The notes: generated from the letters alone by a model not told the origin. 64,000 nt of DNA from Camelus ferus (GCF_009834535.1 NC_045696.1:23314001-23378000); one strand, 5' to 3'; shown: positions 12,150 to 27,559, counted from the stretch's first letter. Program-made: numbers and translations.

Positions 12150-14330
12150 TTAGTCAAAGGCACTGGGGATACAACTCTAAACTGATCCCTGATCCTAGCA
12201 AGATCCTTACTTCATGAAGTTCACATTCTGATAGGGAGGGATCAATAGAAATAAGCAAGGTAAGAACAGATGAAGATAAGCACGATGGAGAAAAATACAA
12301 TGGTGAGAAATTATGGGAGTTAGGGAGTCCTGGAACTGGGAGGTTTTGCTATTGTGTTACTGCATAAACAGGTTAGGAATGGCCTCATTGGTAAGTTGAC
12401 ACCAGAGCAGAGACCTGAATGAATAAAGGAGAGTCTTCCAGGTGCTGGTGTGGGAATTTCCTCCTGTTTGAGGAAAAGCAAAGGATGACTGTATAATTTC
12501 ATATAGTGAGTGAAGGCTGAATTGCAAGAGATTAAGTTAGGAATATTCTTCAGGATAGGACATGTGAGACCTTAGAGGCCACTGTGAACATTTGACCTTT
12601 ACTATGAGATTGGAATATTTGGACAAAAGAATGGTAGGAGCAGACTTACATTTGCAGAGTACCATTCTGGGAACTATTTTGTAAACAGACTTTTTCTAAA
12701 AAATAAAGAAAAGAGAGAAAATGTTAGCTAATAGGTTGTTACAAAATCACAGGGAGATAATAGTTACCTGCTTAGTGGTGATGGAGAAAGTGGTATAAAT
12801 TAGCCAGAATCTGGATATATCTTGAACATAGCTCCAAATAATTTTCTGTTGAATTAGAAGTAGAATATGAGAGAAAATTAACGATCAAGAGTGACCTAAC
12901 GGTTTTGAACTGAAAAACAAGAAGAAAGAGGAAGATTACAGGAGGAATAGATCTGAGGGTGAAAATAAGAAGTTATATTTTGTACAGGACAAGTTTGAGG
13001 TGTCCATTAGAAACCTAGGCTCAGAAGTTGAAAAGGTATATTGGATAAAAAGTTGGATATTTAAGAGTCTTGATTTCTGGACTCAAATATGAAAATGCAT
13101 TATTTAGGAATCATGAGATAACAGATGATCGCTATTTAAAGCCAAAAGACTGGATGAGTTTATAAAAAAAAAAAATAGGTAGTTTGAAGAGAAAAGATCT
13201 AAGGATTAAGCTCTGAGATTCTCCAGCATTTTAAGAGGCAAGGGGTTGAGGAATGTGAAAGGTTAAAGATGACAGCAAATTCTCTGATATTCCTTCCCAT
13301 GAGTGAGGTGTCCATTTCCTCTTCCTCTAAATTTGTGCCTGTGGTGACAATAGAGTACATGGCAGAGGTGACACCACGCCAGCTCCAGGCCTAGGCTGCG
13401 AAGGGCTGGCAGCTTTTGCTTTGATCTCTGGAGCCTGAACCTCCAAGAATAAAGTCCAGTTACCCTGATGGAGAGACTACAGAAAGAAACTGATAGGTAG
13501 AGAGACCCTGCTGAGCTCAGCCTTTCAGATAGTGTCACCAAGGCAACAAGCACATAAGTAAAGCCACTTCAAAAAATTTCAAACCAGATCGCCACCAGCT
13601 GAAGAGCATCAAATAACCTCTGTTAATTCCAACGGACTGCAAGAATCACCCTAGCCCAAAGTCCAAGTCCCAAAAACTGTGAGATATAAAAGTTCTGGAG
13701 TAGTGGCTTAGGAAACAAGAACATGCAGGGACCAGTAAAGGAAAGAGAAAAGGAGGGGCCAGTGCGATGGAAGAAAAGCAAGAGACGTTTTACTCCCAGA
13801 AGTCAAGTGAAGAAAGGATTCAAGAATGAGCAAGTGATTTACCCTAGTAAATGCAGCTTGAGTAGGATGAGAATGAGATTTGACCACTGTGCTCTGCAAT
13901 GAGGAAGTCACTGATGACTCTGACAAGAGCTATTTCATTAGAATGTTAGAGATAAAATCCTGCTTGGAGTGGATTAAAGGGAGAATAGAAGAAAGGAACT
14001 GGAGGCAGAGAGTAAGGAAAACACTTGATTGTTCTTGTTTTAAAGGAGACCAGAGAAATGGCATAGCTAGTTGGCCATGTGGGGTCCAGGGAATAAAATG
14101 GGATAAATTACAAAATATTCCTATGCCATTGGGAATGATCTACCAAGGAGGGGGAAATTAAGGTTGAAGCAGATAAATGGGACAATTAGGATGCATTGTC
14201 CTTTATTTCCTGAGATGAATAGGTATAGTGCACAGGTGTAGGGAGGGGTGGCCTTAAATAGGAGCACAAACACTGTTTCCATACCAATGTGAGGAAAGGT
14301 CAAATGTGCAAGGGCAGGTAAAGGCATAAG
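12150..14330 (-). mobile_element. L2 LINE remnant, interrupted by MLT1 at ~13255-13700
   Basis: 'ggcactggggataca', 'tctggatatatcttgaa', 'aagtttgaggtgtccattag', 'aaagccaaaagactggatgag' and 'gcaatgaggaagtcactgatgactctgacaagagc' are antisense L2 motifs. Confidence 0.8.
13255..13700 (+). mobile_element. MLT1 (ERVL-MaLR) solo LTR
   Basis: 'ttaaagatgacagcaaattctctga', 'atggcagaggtgacaccacgccagctccaggcctaggc', 'aactgtgagatataaaa'. Confidence 0.8.
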
Positions 14331-15379
14331 ACCTAACCATAGATCACTGGGTTAAAATAGTTTGACTCTAGGCTTTTATAGGAATGCAATATTTAATAAA
14401 GGTTTTATGATAAAGAAATAGGAAGCATTCTTTAATAAATTGTGAGACTACTTAACAAAATAGCAATACTCTGTTGAGTCTCACTACTCACAATCTTCAC
14501 CAAAATAAATTCCAAGGGCATTTAAAAGTTAAGTAGCTTAAAATCAGAAGACAATTTTTAAAAAGCTAACCTAATGGCGAATTGAATCCTTACCAAGTCT
14601 CTTGATAAAGATAATTTTCATAAGTTTAAGTGATACAATGTAAATGAGAAAGCAAAATACAAAATTATATGTTTACTGTGAATATACTTAGTCAGTCTGC
14701 AATTGCTCAAATATAGAATTTTCAGCTGGATTTCTTTAGCTTTAGTGATTGCCTGTTCCTAATTTTCTGGTTCACAAATCTGTGAAATGTTTGAATCCAA
14801 GAAGATTTACTCTCCTCAGAGTTACTGTTATCCAGGAATTGCTGTTTTCTCTCTGCTCTAGGTAACAGGAATGGGAAAGATTATGCAGATTATCCTAGGT
14901 TTGAAGTCTAGATAGAATAGAAGGGAGAGGAGAGAGACCCACTCCATGAAAATATTTTACCCACAAGTCAAAAGGCACTGACTCTTTGCATTTTGTGATC
15001 TATGTACCTCATTCCATCCCTATTCCCCCAAATATGCAAGGTTTTGTCATTAAAAGTATTATGCTTTTCATAGTCATCACTGCTTAAAGGAAAAAAATAA
15101 GAAGTAAATACATAAAACTGATCATACTTGCTTTTCTGGTGGGATCATGGCTAAGATTTATATTTTATACTTTCCCTACTGTTGTAATATTCTTTAAACT
15201 TCTAAAAACTCAATATAAAAAATTGAGAATCATTTAATCAGTACAAGGTCCTAAAGATTGCACAAATAAATGATTATAGCTCTGAGCTAAATTTTACTCT
15301 CCCCAGTGTGTTTATTCCTATTATCTATTCTTATATGAATTTTCCATTTACATTTTGATTGCCATTGATTTTGATTTAC

Positions 15380-15548
15380 CTGGAGTCAGATCAAGATTGA
15401 ACCCTGATTTCATTGCACTTTAATTGTGTGTACTCATCTGGTAAAATGGAAATAACTCTACCATTTATTCCAACAAACTTGGGAGGATAAAATGAGATAA
15501 TGTAATGAAAATGCTTTATGAAGTGTGAAGCACCATGAAATATGTCGT
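15380..15548 (+). mobile_element. MIR SINE
   Basis: 'tggagtcaga...tcatctggtaaaatggaaataa...gaggataaaatgagataatgt'. Confidence 0.7.
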
Positions 15549-16794
15549 TTGGTTATTTTTACACTAAAATATTAGCCAAGAGAAACTGTAGATTCCACTT
15601 ATAATCCAAGTCTATTAACCTTTTTTAGAGCAAGATCCAATTTGAGGATTTTGTCCCAAAGGTAAATGTGAGAATGAGAAATGATTAGAGTGGAACTGAG
15701 TATATTTAAAATTTAAATTTTTCAGTAAAATTTGTTATAGAATAATTAAAATTGCTGAGACCCCAGAGCTTTCCAAAATAAGGGGGAAAATTATTATCTT
15801 ACTTCAAAAGGAATGATACTCAAATAAAATACACACATAAGGCCCTTACTATTTCCTAATGACCTAATCACTAATCACTAATCAACAAAAGCCAAATATT
15901 TGTAAGCTCTTATGTGTATTTCTTATGATGTATAATTTTAAGGTCTTATCACTCAACATTTACATTTTGATTAGATTTTAATGTTTAATATTTAAAGCAT
16001 AATCCTTAAGAAAATCTCAAAAATTGAGAAATAAGTAAATTACTTAGTCTCATCACATAACATAAATCTTTTCATTATTATTAACTTCCTTTTCACTTTG
16101 TATATACATACATACACAAATACATATGTTAACATAGTAACCATAATGAACATATAACTTTGTGTGTTGAATTTTCACTTATTTAAGCATGAACTCCTAC
16201 ATGTTGCTGTATCTGTTACTTTTTTTCTTTGAGCACAGGATAAAGGACTCTTCTCCCCTCAGATGTAAGGCTATTGGATAATAATCAACAGAATTTTCTT
16301 ATCTAGAAGACTTACTTCCTAAGGGAAAATGGCAAAGTGATTTGGAAAATACAGCAAAAGCCTGCTGTTTCTCAAGTTACATAGACATGATAGGTGGACT
16401 GGAAAGAGATGCCATTAGGATATTTGCATTTAATTCCCCAGTGCCCACAGTGCCTAGTGAGTAGGAGAATCTCCTCAAATGTTAATTAATGCTTTTTAGA
16501 CAGTTGATCTTGATAAATTTTCATGAGGAAAGGAGAGGGAGATCCTTCCATTCTTATAAGTGCTTACAAAGGACAAGTGCTGTAATTTCTTGCAAAAATC
16601 TTTTTAAAACCAAAGTCTTAAAAAAAACCCTCCACTTTTTCTTGACAATAGGCTTCTTATTCTACCTTGCTTCCCCAAAGACAAAGAGAATTTTTTCATG
16701 CTATGTGTTTCCTAGATTCTTGAACAATGCTCTTCATTTACCTCTTTCAAAAAATATTTGCTTATTACAAAAAAAGTGGTAGCAAAGTAATATT

Positions 16795-17238
16795 TCTAAT
16801 TTAGGTTCGCCACTTGATTGATTACCAAGAAGCAGACCTGAGGTCAAAGTTAGCAAGCAGTTCAAGTGATTTATTAGGGACAATGCCTAAAAGGGAAATA
16901 GTGAGGAAGACAAGAGAGACAGGAAGAACCATCATGTATGATGTAGGTCTGACTCTGGGTAACACAGAGAGGGAACAAAAGTAGTTTAGTTCAAAGTATC
17001 TTACACAACATTGCAAGTTCTAAGAGTTTGGCAAAGTTTTTTGGGGAGTCCTTGGGCTGGAGATGCCCAATAGATGAGCTACAGATCTCCCAGAAAATGG
17101 CCTGCCTTCATGTCCCTTCTGTACTTAGTCACTAGCTACAGGCAGCCTATGGGAAGCCTGACACAGAAGCAGTGATGGATTTCAAGGCACAGCAGTTATG
17201 CTCCCTACAGTCAGAGGCACATTAACATGGGCACCACA
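16795..17238 (-). mobile_element. ERVL LTR (LTR33/LTR16-like)
   Basis: 'cagaagcagacctgag...aagtgatttattaggga' start and 'catgggcaccaca' end resemble LTR33-type elements. Confidence 0.6.
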
Positions 17239-17877
17239 ACAATGTACACCAATCTTAAGATGCTTTTATTTTGAAGTGCAAATTTGTCCTCAGTTTTCAC
17301 CAACTGAAATTCCACAGACTATAGACTGAAGAAGGCTGGTGACTTACACTTGGAAAGTATGGTATAGATCTAAGTCAAAGTCAGTATTTGGGCTGAAATA
17401 AATTAATATCAACATGAAGATTCCAATAAGAAGAATAAATCAAGATCCAGCACATTGACTACTGTCCACAGTACATGAACTACACATCGATGTGATAGAG
17501 CATTGGGAAGGAGCCTGAGACCCTGGAGAAAATAAGACAGAAAGTTAAACATTTTCTGGAAAGAGCAGAGTCATAAGATTAAACTCAACAGAGATCATGA
17601 TAAAATATAGAAGCTCTTTTTATTGAGAGCAGGTATGACTCTAAAGTGTTATTCTTGATTCTATTCAATAAGTCTAAATTAACATTGTAAGATCAAGACT
17701 TCTAGCACACAGTTAGGAAAGCCTGTTTGTCAAACAATTAAAAATAGAAACTTTTCAGACCACTAAAGGGAAATAAAGCACAAGTACAGAGCAAGAGAGA
17801 TTGAGTATGTGTAATTTGGGGAGAAAAAGCATAAATGCTTAATGACATCAAATTTGCATGTTAGCCATCAGTTAAGT

Positions 17878-18085
17878 CAGAGGTCAGCAAAGTATGACTT
17901 GTGGGCCAAAGACAGCCTGGAGCTTGTTTTCAGTAAATAAAGTTTTATTGGGACAAAACCATACCCATTTACGTACATGTTCCCTATCATTGCTTTTGCT
18001 GTACATGGCAGGGCTGAGTAACTGTGCCTCAAATCCTAAAGTATTTACTATGTGACCTTTTACAGAAAAAGTGTACAAACCCCCA
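17878..18085. mobile_element. MER58A hAT-Charlie MITE
   Basis: 'cagaggtcagcaaa...gtaaataaagttttattggga...cctttacagaaaaagtgtacaaacccc'. Confidence 0.85.
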
Positions 18086-18119
18086 AACTATAGTTAATGC
18101 ACCATGATATAAATAGTTA

Positions 18120-18195
18120 CCACCACTACTACTTACAGAGTGCCAGCACATCAAGCTTTATTTTGAATCTCCATCGTAGTCTGAAAGATAAAGCA

Positions 18196-18241
<46 letters not shown>

Positions 18242-18380
18242 CCTCACAATCACATTTCCCCATTTTCCACTGTGGGAACTGAGTGATTTGCTAAAGCTAA
18301 TACAATCAGCAAACGGCAAAGCCAAGCTTCAAACTAGGCAGCACAGCTTCAGAGTCTGTGCTCTTGATCTCTATCCTATA
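18120..18380 (-). mobile_element. MIR SINE containing a (TG)n microsatellite
   Basis: 'tccccattttccactgtgggaactgagtgatttgctaaag' core; the TG run lies inside the element. Confidence 0.7.
18200..18240. repeat. (TG)n microsatellite, about 20 units
   Basis: Perfect TG run seen directly. Confidence 0.98.
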
Positions 18381-20399
18381 TTGCGTATTATTCTCCATTT
18401 ATGCAAAAGGAAAAAGAGGCTCATGGAAATCATATACGTTGTTCAATGTCACATGGGAACCAAGTAGTTAAGACTAGACTTCAAATCCAAAGCCAACATG
18501 CCTTCCATTTTTCCATATAATTATCCCAATATATATCCCTAAGGAGAGAAAGAATTGCAAAAGTTTGGGGGAAATTGTAATCATGTTAGAGTTAGAAAAA
18601 TAAACTTATGAGAAGAGATCATTCAGTCCCAGGAAAAAAAAATGATGTGGTTTCTTTTAAAATAATAGGTAAGAGCAACATGGCCTCGGTTGCTAAGAAT
18701 AGCAATGTACAGAATATAGTCATTTAAAAAAACATAGCCTTTAGTTTTCACATAAGGCAAATATACAGTCTAACGAGCATCTCTGAGACTGTAGATGAGA
18801 TCATGCCTTGAATGCAACAGTGACAAGGTAAAACCTTAATCAGCATCACAGAAACAAAGCAAAAATTAGGTTTTATAGGTGTAACATAGAAGGAAAGGTT
18901 GGAATTAAGATTCAATCATTAAACAGAGAGAGGCAGAACGGTAATATTTTTGAGAAATGGTAAGAACGTAAGTGACATAATTGTGTAAACAAATTAGTCT
19001 ACACAGCGATAGAACTTACATGGTGCTTTCTTAACACAGAAAACCAAAATGCCCAGAGGCAAGATGGAGTAGCGACAGACGCTTTCAAATATTTTAATAC
19101 CTACTGAAGTTCTAATTATGCTAAAAGAGAATCCATTTTTACCTGCCTTTGTTTAGCATTTACCACAACCAACAAACATTCAATATGTGCCAGAACTTGC
19201 CTTTGAGATGCTCACAGAAATAGCTTAGCTATTAGGAAAAACACTTCAAAAAGGCCAGAGAAAAGATATATGTGACCCCATGACAAAATTCTTGCATATA
19301 TTATTAAATAATTCAATCAGTAGTTTGAATTTAAAAAATGTTGCTCAGTGGGAGTGTAATAACCTTAGCCCACAGTTTTGGCTCAAACAATTCCTACCCG
19401 GTGGGAAATTAATATTGGAACTTGTAGGTTACCAGACTCAAATCACACACTGCTGCTCTTACTACTACTAACGGACAGTGATACCAGAAAGACTCTTCCT
19501 AGGCAGAGCCTTACTTGCTGTGTAACCTTGAGTAAACATCTCAACCTCTCTGAGCCTGTTTTCTCATTTTTAATTGGGATAATGGTGGGTCCTGAGTAAA
19601 AAGATAGTATATATCCACATTCCCTAGCACCAAAAATGGTCAAATAGAAACTAAATACCACATATCTGGGGCTTGACAAGAAGAAAATTAGGTAAGAAGC
19701 CAACTAGATCATAACTCTCAGAGTCCAGGATCCATCATTGCCATATTTATTTGTTTTACTTAAACACGTGTATATTGATAATTCTGTGCTAAGCTCTGTT
19801 CTAAGCACTTTATAGACATTTATTTATTTAATTCTCATTCTAGTGCTTGACCATTGTAACTATAGTTCTGTTCACTCTGGCTATCAAAGATAAGAAACTA
19901 CCAACTAGTTACAAATGCAGTGAGTTTTTAAACTCAAGTGGTGTGAAAACAGCTTTGGGATCTACCATAAGGTTTTTGTAACTGCCTTAGAATAGTTAAA
20001 GACGGAGGTGGAATTTTTTGCCAGTTAAAAATGGACACAATATAATATGTATACTATCAGATAGCAGAGTCTGATAGAGAAGTTCCTGGGTTGAAAGTCA
20101 GGACCTTGACTGCTGTACCATCCATTGCATCATAGAATGATACCATGTCTAAGGGAATAAAACCTACTAGACAGGAACAGTCAATTTGGCATTTTTTAAA
20201 TGGCCAATTTGAATGGTCCCATAGCTCATGGGTAGTGGAAAAATACAGCTGGGGAATATGAATCTACAGAGTCTCAAAGAAATAGAGTTTGCAGTAAGGC
20301 CCAGAACTTACTTTGTGACCTTAGGCAATTCTCTCCAAACGTCTCCATTCTTTCTTTTGTAAAATGAAGGCCATATGCCCCAAAAGAATCTCAGGAAAT

Positions 20400-20827
20400 C
20401 AATGTGGGACAGATTGAGTCTAGAGTCTGCAAACCCCTTAGTTTTCAACGACTCCCAGAAAGATACGAATCAGAACAAAATTGGCGGTGCTATGGCAGCA
20501 GACCACAGCCAGTCTGAATTGCCCTGACTCAACAGAAATTTGCCCCTTGCTCATGTCATGATGAGCAAGCGGCTTTCTTCTGCTTTTTACGGTTCAGATC
20601 TTCTTGCTTCTATCTTGCAATTTTCCCATCTGAAATCCTTTGCTTACTGCTTTACAGATGACCAAGATTATTGAAAACACCCTCAACTCTCTCAGACTGG
20701 AAGTGACAAACATTCCCTGGATTAACGTCTGGCTTTTGTCACACAACTCCAACCTCGCCACAGGGGATGCTAGAAAATGTTGGTGAGGACATGGGTTATT
20801 TGGTTAGAATTAATGATCTCTTCCAGA
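20400..20827 (-). mobile_element. Old MLT1 (MaLR) LTR remnant
   Basis: 'tggaagtgacaaacatt...ggggatgctagaaaatgt...gaggacatgggttatttggt' resembles an MLT1 end. Confidence 0.5.
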
Positions 20828-23800
20828 AAAGGTGAATGAGTATAACCAAGGTAATATAAGGAACATATGCTAGAGTGAAGACCAGAACTCAGGCTTTCTA
20901 ACTTCTAGTTCAATGCTTCCCTTCAGATAATATGTTGGGTGGGCATACTAACATTTCCAAAGCCTTTGAAATTGACAAAGGGACATTATATCTCTCGTTG
21001 TAATAGCTTGTATTTTATTATTCTTTCTTAAAGGAAAAAATAAAGTTCCTTCAATCAATATAGAAATATATAGCCTTAATTAGCTTTCCAGTGAGCTCAA
21101 CAAAAAGCCTGTATTTCATTGTTTCACATTATCTCAGAAGCTGTTATACTCTGGTTCTTCTTTGAAAAAGTTTTTATCAAAGGCAAACTCCAGACAATAT
21201 CTATTTGATATTCCATCCTCTCCAAATGCATATCCTTACAGCTGAGAATCTCCTCATGTGAGTGGTACGGGCTAACACGTTGAGCTACAAAGTATTAAGA
21301 TTCCTCAGAGGTATTTGAAAAAGTTTTGTGACACTTTCTACTCTAAGATGTTTGATTTTTAAGATCCTTTCTTTAAAACCAGGATGAAGGAATAAATCCT
21401 ATTCTGTTTTGGTGACTGCCTGCTTCTACTCAAATGTTCTTGGCATTACTGGTTGGTGTCAGAGCCAGAGAATCAATTCAATCTACTGGATGTTTTAAGA
21501 AAATGTGGTTATCCAAAATCTGGGTTCTAATGAAATCCTGAGTTGATCCCATGACTTGGCCAAATCTTTAATTTATTTGTTTTAAGAGTAAAGCTTTTTA
21601 CACAACTACAACCAAAAATAAAAGAGAGCAGAAAGATAGTGTGTAGTTGCTTTTCACTTTACTATACTGGTATGTTGGGAAGAACTTTCTGCTTTTAGAA
21701 AACTCAGGTTCTGCATCCTTCCATCAACCCAGCCAGGAAAATAAGTGGTCAAATATGTATCTGTGGTGAATGTCACCAACACCTTTTATTTCCCGCAGTT
21801 ACTCACTAGCGCATTTTCTTTACCTTGTTGATCATTAGAACTCTTGAAGGCAGATGCAAAGAAGTTGTATATGAGATGCACCTCTGACCCACCAATAGAA
21901 ATGCTGGTCACTCCCTTCTTGCTTCTTTTCTTTCAAAACAAGGAAATTCAATACACAATGAGCCTTTCACGTTCAAGTTTGTGTTTCTCTACATGCAAAA
22001 AGAAATGGTTATATCAATCTGTCTTCTGATAGACATGCTAAAATCTGTCATACATGTTCTTTTTTTCTGAATAAAATGTTTCATTTTTTTTTATTGAAAG
22101 AAGTACCATCACTTAGTTTTAACAATCTGAGATGAATTCCATATCAATAAAATTGGGATTTGCTGCTAATGAAAATTTGAACTGACGAAACTTTTATTGC
22201 ACTGAATTTTATTTGCTTACTCGCCTTTCTATCTAAGAAGAACGGATTTAGGGCCGAAGTTCACATCTTATTCATTTTTGAATTTCTTATCCCTTGGACT
22301 TGAAGTCTTGACTAGTATCTGGAATTACACAAGAGGCCCTCAATACACTTTAATGAATTAACAGGTAGTCCTTGGTCTATAGAAAAAATAATATCTATTC
22401 ATTTAGAAGTAGTAAAATATTGAATAAACATATTTACCAGTTTAATTAGTTTTACTCCAAGATGAATTTACATTACAAGGTCAGAAATAATTACAAAATT
22501 GACATGGTATCATACTAGAAATATAAAACTTGTATAATTCTAGGCTAGCCAAAATAAACTAAACTAATAGAATATTCAAGGTGGAAAAAAAATCACTGAG
22601 AACTTCTAGTTCTTTCACTTGAAGAAAGTAAAACTGGAAGAAGAGCCCAAAGAGAGAGTGTAAATTCATGGCAAAACTTAAACCCAAATCTCAGCAGTCT
22701 GAATACAAAGTTAGTGCTTTCCCCCTCATGCTATTTATTTAAATATAATGAAATATGTAAAGACTTTATTTACATGCATGCCAGATGTCATTAATTTTCA
22801 TTTCTATCACAACATAAGGTATTAATAAACAACTCTCAACAAAAATATTTGAGGAATCTGTTGATATTTAAATCTTGGAATGCAATATTTCAAGAGTTCA
22901 ATTTAAAAAAAACTTGTAAGTATTAAATATTTGCTGTGTTAGAACCACAAAATTAGAAGACACTTATTCAAGAGGTGATTTGCTCTTGGCTTTAGGGTGG
23001 TAAATATTAAATTCTCTTATAGTTTTGAACAAATTTGTCAGTTCTAAATTCTACAGACATTGTTTATGAGCAAAATATTCACATATTCATTAATTTCTTC
23101 ATTTTATGCTGAGAATATAAAAGATTGTTATGATTATGATAATGTCTTTAACTTCTTATACACATTTATTGGTTCCTGTGTCCTGTATTTATAACTGCAA
23201 TATTTTTGACATAACCTTAAACAGATGGCAGGGTATTTGACTCTGGGGAGAAATCAGTATTATCTGAACTCAGGGAATCATAAATTTAAACAAAGAGAAA
23301 TTTATATTTTCTATTACCAATAGCACTATTTTAGAGTTTGTTTGTATTTGTCTATGCTGCTCAACACAGCATTTAAAAAAATCAAATTCTAGGAGACCAA
23401 ATGACTTCGTTCAGAATGAAATAAATACTTAGAAAGTGTAAAGGAACTTACACCCAAGGTTTTTCTCTAAGGACTAAGGGCCACATTTCTCCTTTTTTAA
23501 GGCAAATAATATAGTTACAACCTCAGGGTATGCTGCTCAGTGTGCTGTTATATCTCCCTTCTCAAATGAATAATAGGTATTATAATAAACTAATATTCAG
23601 AGATATCATACTAGTAAATTATTTTTCTAGGTAATAAAAGACTTAAGTAAATGGTTTCAGGCACAATCTATGATCATGTAATATTAAAATAAAGTCTTTT
23701 ACAAATCACATGAACTAAAACATTCCCTGAATTCACTAGAATAAGTGCTTACTTTTAAATCAAACTACTTTCCACAATACACAGTTAAATATAAAAGGTT

Positions 23801-25889
23801 TTTACAGTTATATAATTAAATATATCTTGTTATTGTTTGGGAAGCATATGGAGTGATACTCATTTTATCATCTAAGAACATAAGAGAATCAATATGCAGA
23901 AACATAGCATGAAACTGTTCAATATACAGATATCTCAATCTATGCATCCTGATTATGAAATCTTCCAAAATTATCTTTGAATTGAGTTATTCATTCCAGT
24001 GTAGAAAACATTACATTATTCCACACAAAAGAATTATTTTCTAACTTGAGAAACCCATATTTTTCATGAAAGTGACTGGCCTGTCTCAAGGTTTAATTGA
24101 AACCAAATGAAGTCTAGTAAAACTAATCAAAACCAAACAAACCCCTGGGTTATGTGAAGGACTTACTGCTAGTTACAGTTCTTGGAGATTTGGTTAGGGC
24201 ACTCTAAAATCAAATTTAAAATGTTGTCATGCCATGTGAACTAGACATAAATATTCTTCCAGGAGTTTCATGAATAGCTAAATTACAAATGCAACTTTAT
24301 TACCTACAGAATTATATCATGACATCAATAAAGGAAGATAATGCTGAATCAATGTATAGAAAGTAATTGATGGATTTATAGAATTTATAGAAAAAACTAA
24401 GACATTAAGACTTATCTTATGTACTATATTTATATCACTCATTAAACAGATATTTAGGAAACCTCTCAAAAATGTCAATGCCTAATTTACATAAATCATT
24501 CCACAACAGCTGAAATCTCTAATGCAATGCTGGGAAAGACTATAAATCAGTAAAACTTCGGGGAAAAAACAATCTAGGGGTCCTATGGAGCACCAGATCT
24601 GAATCTGAACAGTCATGTCACTCTCAACTTGTTGCACTGGATTTTTCTCACTACAAAATGAGAGTAATAATTCCAACTCTTAACATACACTTTTTGCCAA
24701 TGTAGTTATGAAAAGAGTGATGTAAATGCAAGTTATTATGAAAGCACGAAGTAGGTAGCAGCAAGTATCTGGGGTAGAAAAGATTTTGCTTGCAAATAAC
24801 TAGTTCATGAATTCGTATTCCTCTTTGTATTTGAAGCTATGCAAAGAATAACTGACAGAGAAAAAGTGACTTCAGCTTTGATATATGAGTATAAATGCTT
24901 TGATGTGTCTTATTTCACATTAAATAATATAAAATTTATTATTCTCTGAGGAATGCATGTCTTAGGTGAATACTCATTCAATGTTTCAACAGGCAGACTA
25001 GTAAGCAGTATGGCCATTGCTGAATAAAATACAAATGCCATACATAAAAGTGATTTAAAAGATTTGGTATTGTAATCCTGAATAGGTCCAAGGACCACTC
25101 TTTCATTCCATGCACCTCAGTTCTTGCCAGGCCACTTTTTAAATTACAGAGTGTTAAAAAAAAAAAAAACCCAAAAAACAAGATGGTCCCCAGGGAAAAT
25201 CAAAAGGAAAATGTCATTTCAGGCACTTAGATAACCTATATTTTTAACAAAGAATAAGGAACAAAGAAATATGATTGAGGCAAATAGAACAATTTATTAT
25301 CAATGATTTGATGCTGTGCTTAACTGAACTTTCTTGGTAACTGAGAACATACAATTACTACTTTTATTTATCATTTTAAACTGCTGACAATCTAAATGAC
25401 CTAATCATATTTCTGATCACTTTCTCATATTAGTGAGTTAGTATTTAGTAATTTAATTTTGGGTGATTTCGAATATTGCCTTCAGTCAGTTACCACTGTA
25501 TATACTTGATGGTCAAACCAATTTTCATGAGTTACCTTCCAATTCATAATGCCTTTCATAAATTTAAAATTCCTTAAAAGTCTCTACAGTAATGTACTTG
25601 ACAAACCCAACTGCATTTGTACGTAAATAGTTCTTTGCCTTTATGATAAACATTGAGCAAGAAATAACAGAAACAGAAAAAAAAACTAAATATTTCACAT
25701 AAAATTCACCCTTTTGTATGTGTGCAGAATACTGGCTTATTCAACAGCTTTATTTGATCCCTTAGGCAAATAGATTTCAAAAGTTAATGTATTTTCTGAA
25801 CCCATTATCATCAGCGTATGTATCGGAACTAAGGAAAATGGCAATGTGCTATATCCTCCCTACTCCAATGACCACTTCTGTGGATGTGA

Positions 25890-27292
25890 AATCACACCGA
25901 AACTACACAACATCAGGAAACTCTGCTGAAGATTGACTAACTCAAATCAGTCACTTAGCTGAGAACAACTAAAAATAGCCAGATAAAATATTAAGAAGAA
26001 ATTTTCTTTAATGTATCAAATAACCTATAAATCATAAAGAATTACTAAGCTGAGACCCAGAAGAGGATGGGAACTCATAAAACAAAACCCAGCACTTAAT
26101 GCTACTTTTGTACTGGGACTCGTTAAGAAATGAAAAGAAAGAGCTGAGTTACCAAGATACAGTTTAACAACCTTATAGACAAAACCTGGAGTTAAGGCCC
26201 TAAAAAGTTGGCCTACATTGGGCTTAGAAGTACTTCCTATACTACCACTCCAAAGGACTGCTCCATAGGAGCACAGATGAACCAGAAATAGACCAGCCAT
26301 TAGACATATCTGCAGCTCAGCTGTGTATTACCAAGAGCCCAGAGAATGTTAAGCCTTGAAACCGGATTGTGGAATCTAGGATTTCTAGCACCTCTAGACA
26401 TGCAGCAAAAGCAAATCAAAATTTTCTGTGTGAGAAGATAGTATTATTCTGGGCTTTAAAATTTTTCTATGATTTTTTTTTCAAATGCAATGCCTTGTGC
26501 AGAGTCAAAAATAACTAGGTACCCAAAAGAACAATGACATTTACAAAACCCAACAGAAATAGACTCATAGATACTTTACATATTAAATTGTAAAATAACT
26601 GTGCTCAGAACTTTCAAAAAGACAAAAGCCAAGGTGGAAAAATGCAACAGAATATTTTCAAGTGATATAACATACTTTTAAAAGAGCCAAATAGAATGTA
26701 TAGAACTGAAAATTATAATAATCAAAATAAGAAACTTAGTAGATTTAAGAGCAAATGAGACCCAAATGAAGAAACTATTTGTGAACTGGAAAACAGATAA
26801 GAAGAAGCCACCAAGAATGATGCACAGAGGGACAAGAAGATTAAACTAAGAGAGAAAGGATATTATACTTAAGGATACAGTAAGAAAATCTAACATATGT
26901 TTTACTGGAGTCTCAAAAAGAAAATGGGACGTAAGTAATATATTTGAAGAGATAGTAAGAATTTTCCAGGATTGAAAAAGATATCATTCCACAAATCTTA
27001 AAATGTAACAAAATACAAGCAGGATAAGGATAAAAGCAGGCACATCATAGTGAAACTCAGAAAACCACAAGGAAGAAATGGAGAGAAAGAGTATAAGAGA
27101 GAGAAACGAGGAGAGAGAGAAATGATAAATTACTTGCCAAGAATTAATGGCTGATTTCTTAACTGAAAACCCAAAAACATTAGAATTGTTTTCTCAATGT
27201 ATTGAAATGAGAAGATTCAACTGATAATTTTATATCTAACAAAAAATTATTTTAAGAATGAAGATGAAAAAAGGTTACTCAAACAGAAAACT

Positions 27293-27333
<41 letters not shown>

Positions 27334-27545
27334 TTTAAACCAAACGAAAAGACTTTACAACCAACAGATCTATACTAAATGAAATTCTGAATGACATACT
27401 TCAGTATTGAGGAGAATAATCTCAAATGGAAGCTCAGAGAGTCAAGGAGAAAGGAAGCACAAGGAAAGGAATGGAAATGTGGACAGATCTAATTAAACAC
27501 TGACCCTACAGAACAATAATAAAGGTTATTTATGTAATTTATAAA
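25890..27545 (+). mobile_element. Old L1M 5' region and ORF1 remnant
   Basis: 'gccaaatagaatgtatagaactgaaaattataat', 'gtgaactggaaaacaga', 'tctaacatatgttttactggagtctc', 'cacatcatagtgaaact'. Confidence 0.8.
27296..27328. repeat. (AC)n microsatellite
   Basis: Perfect AC run seen directly. Confidence 0.97.
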
Positions 27546-27559
27546 TGGAATGAAAATAT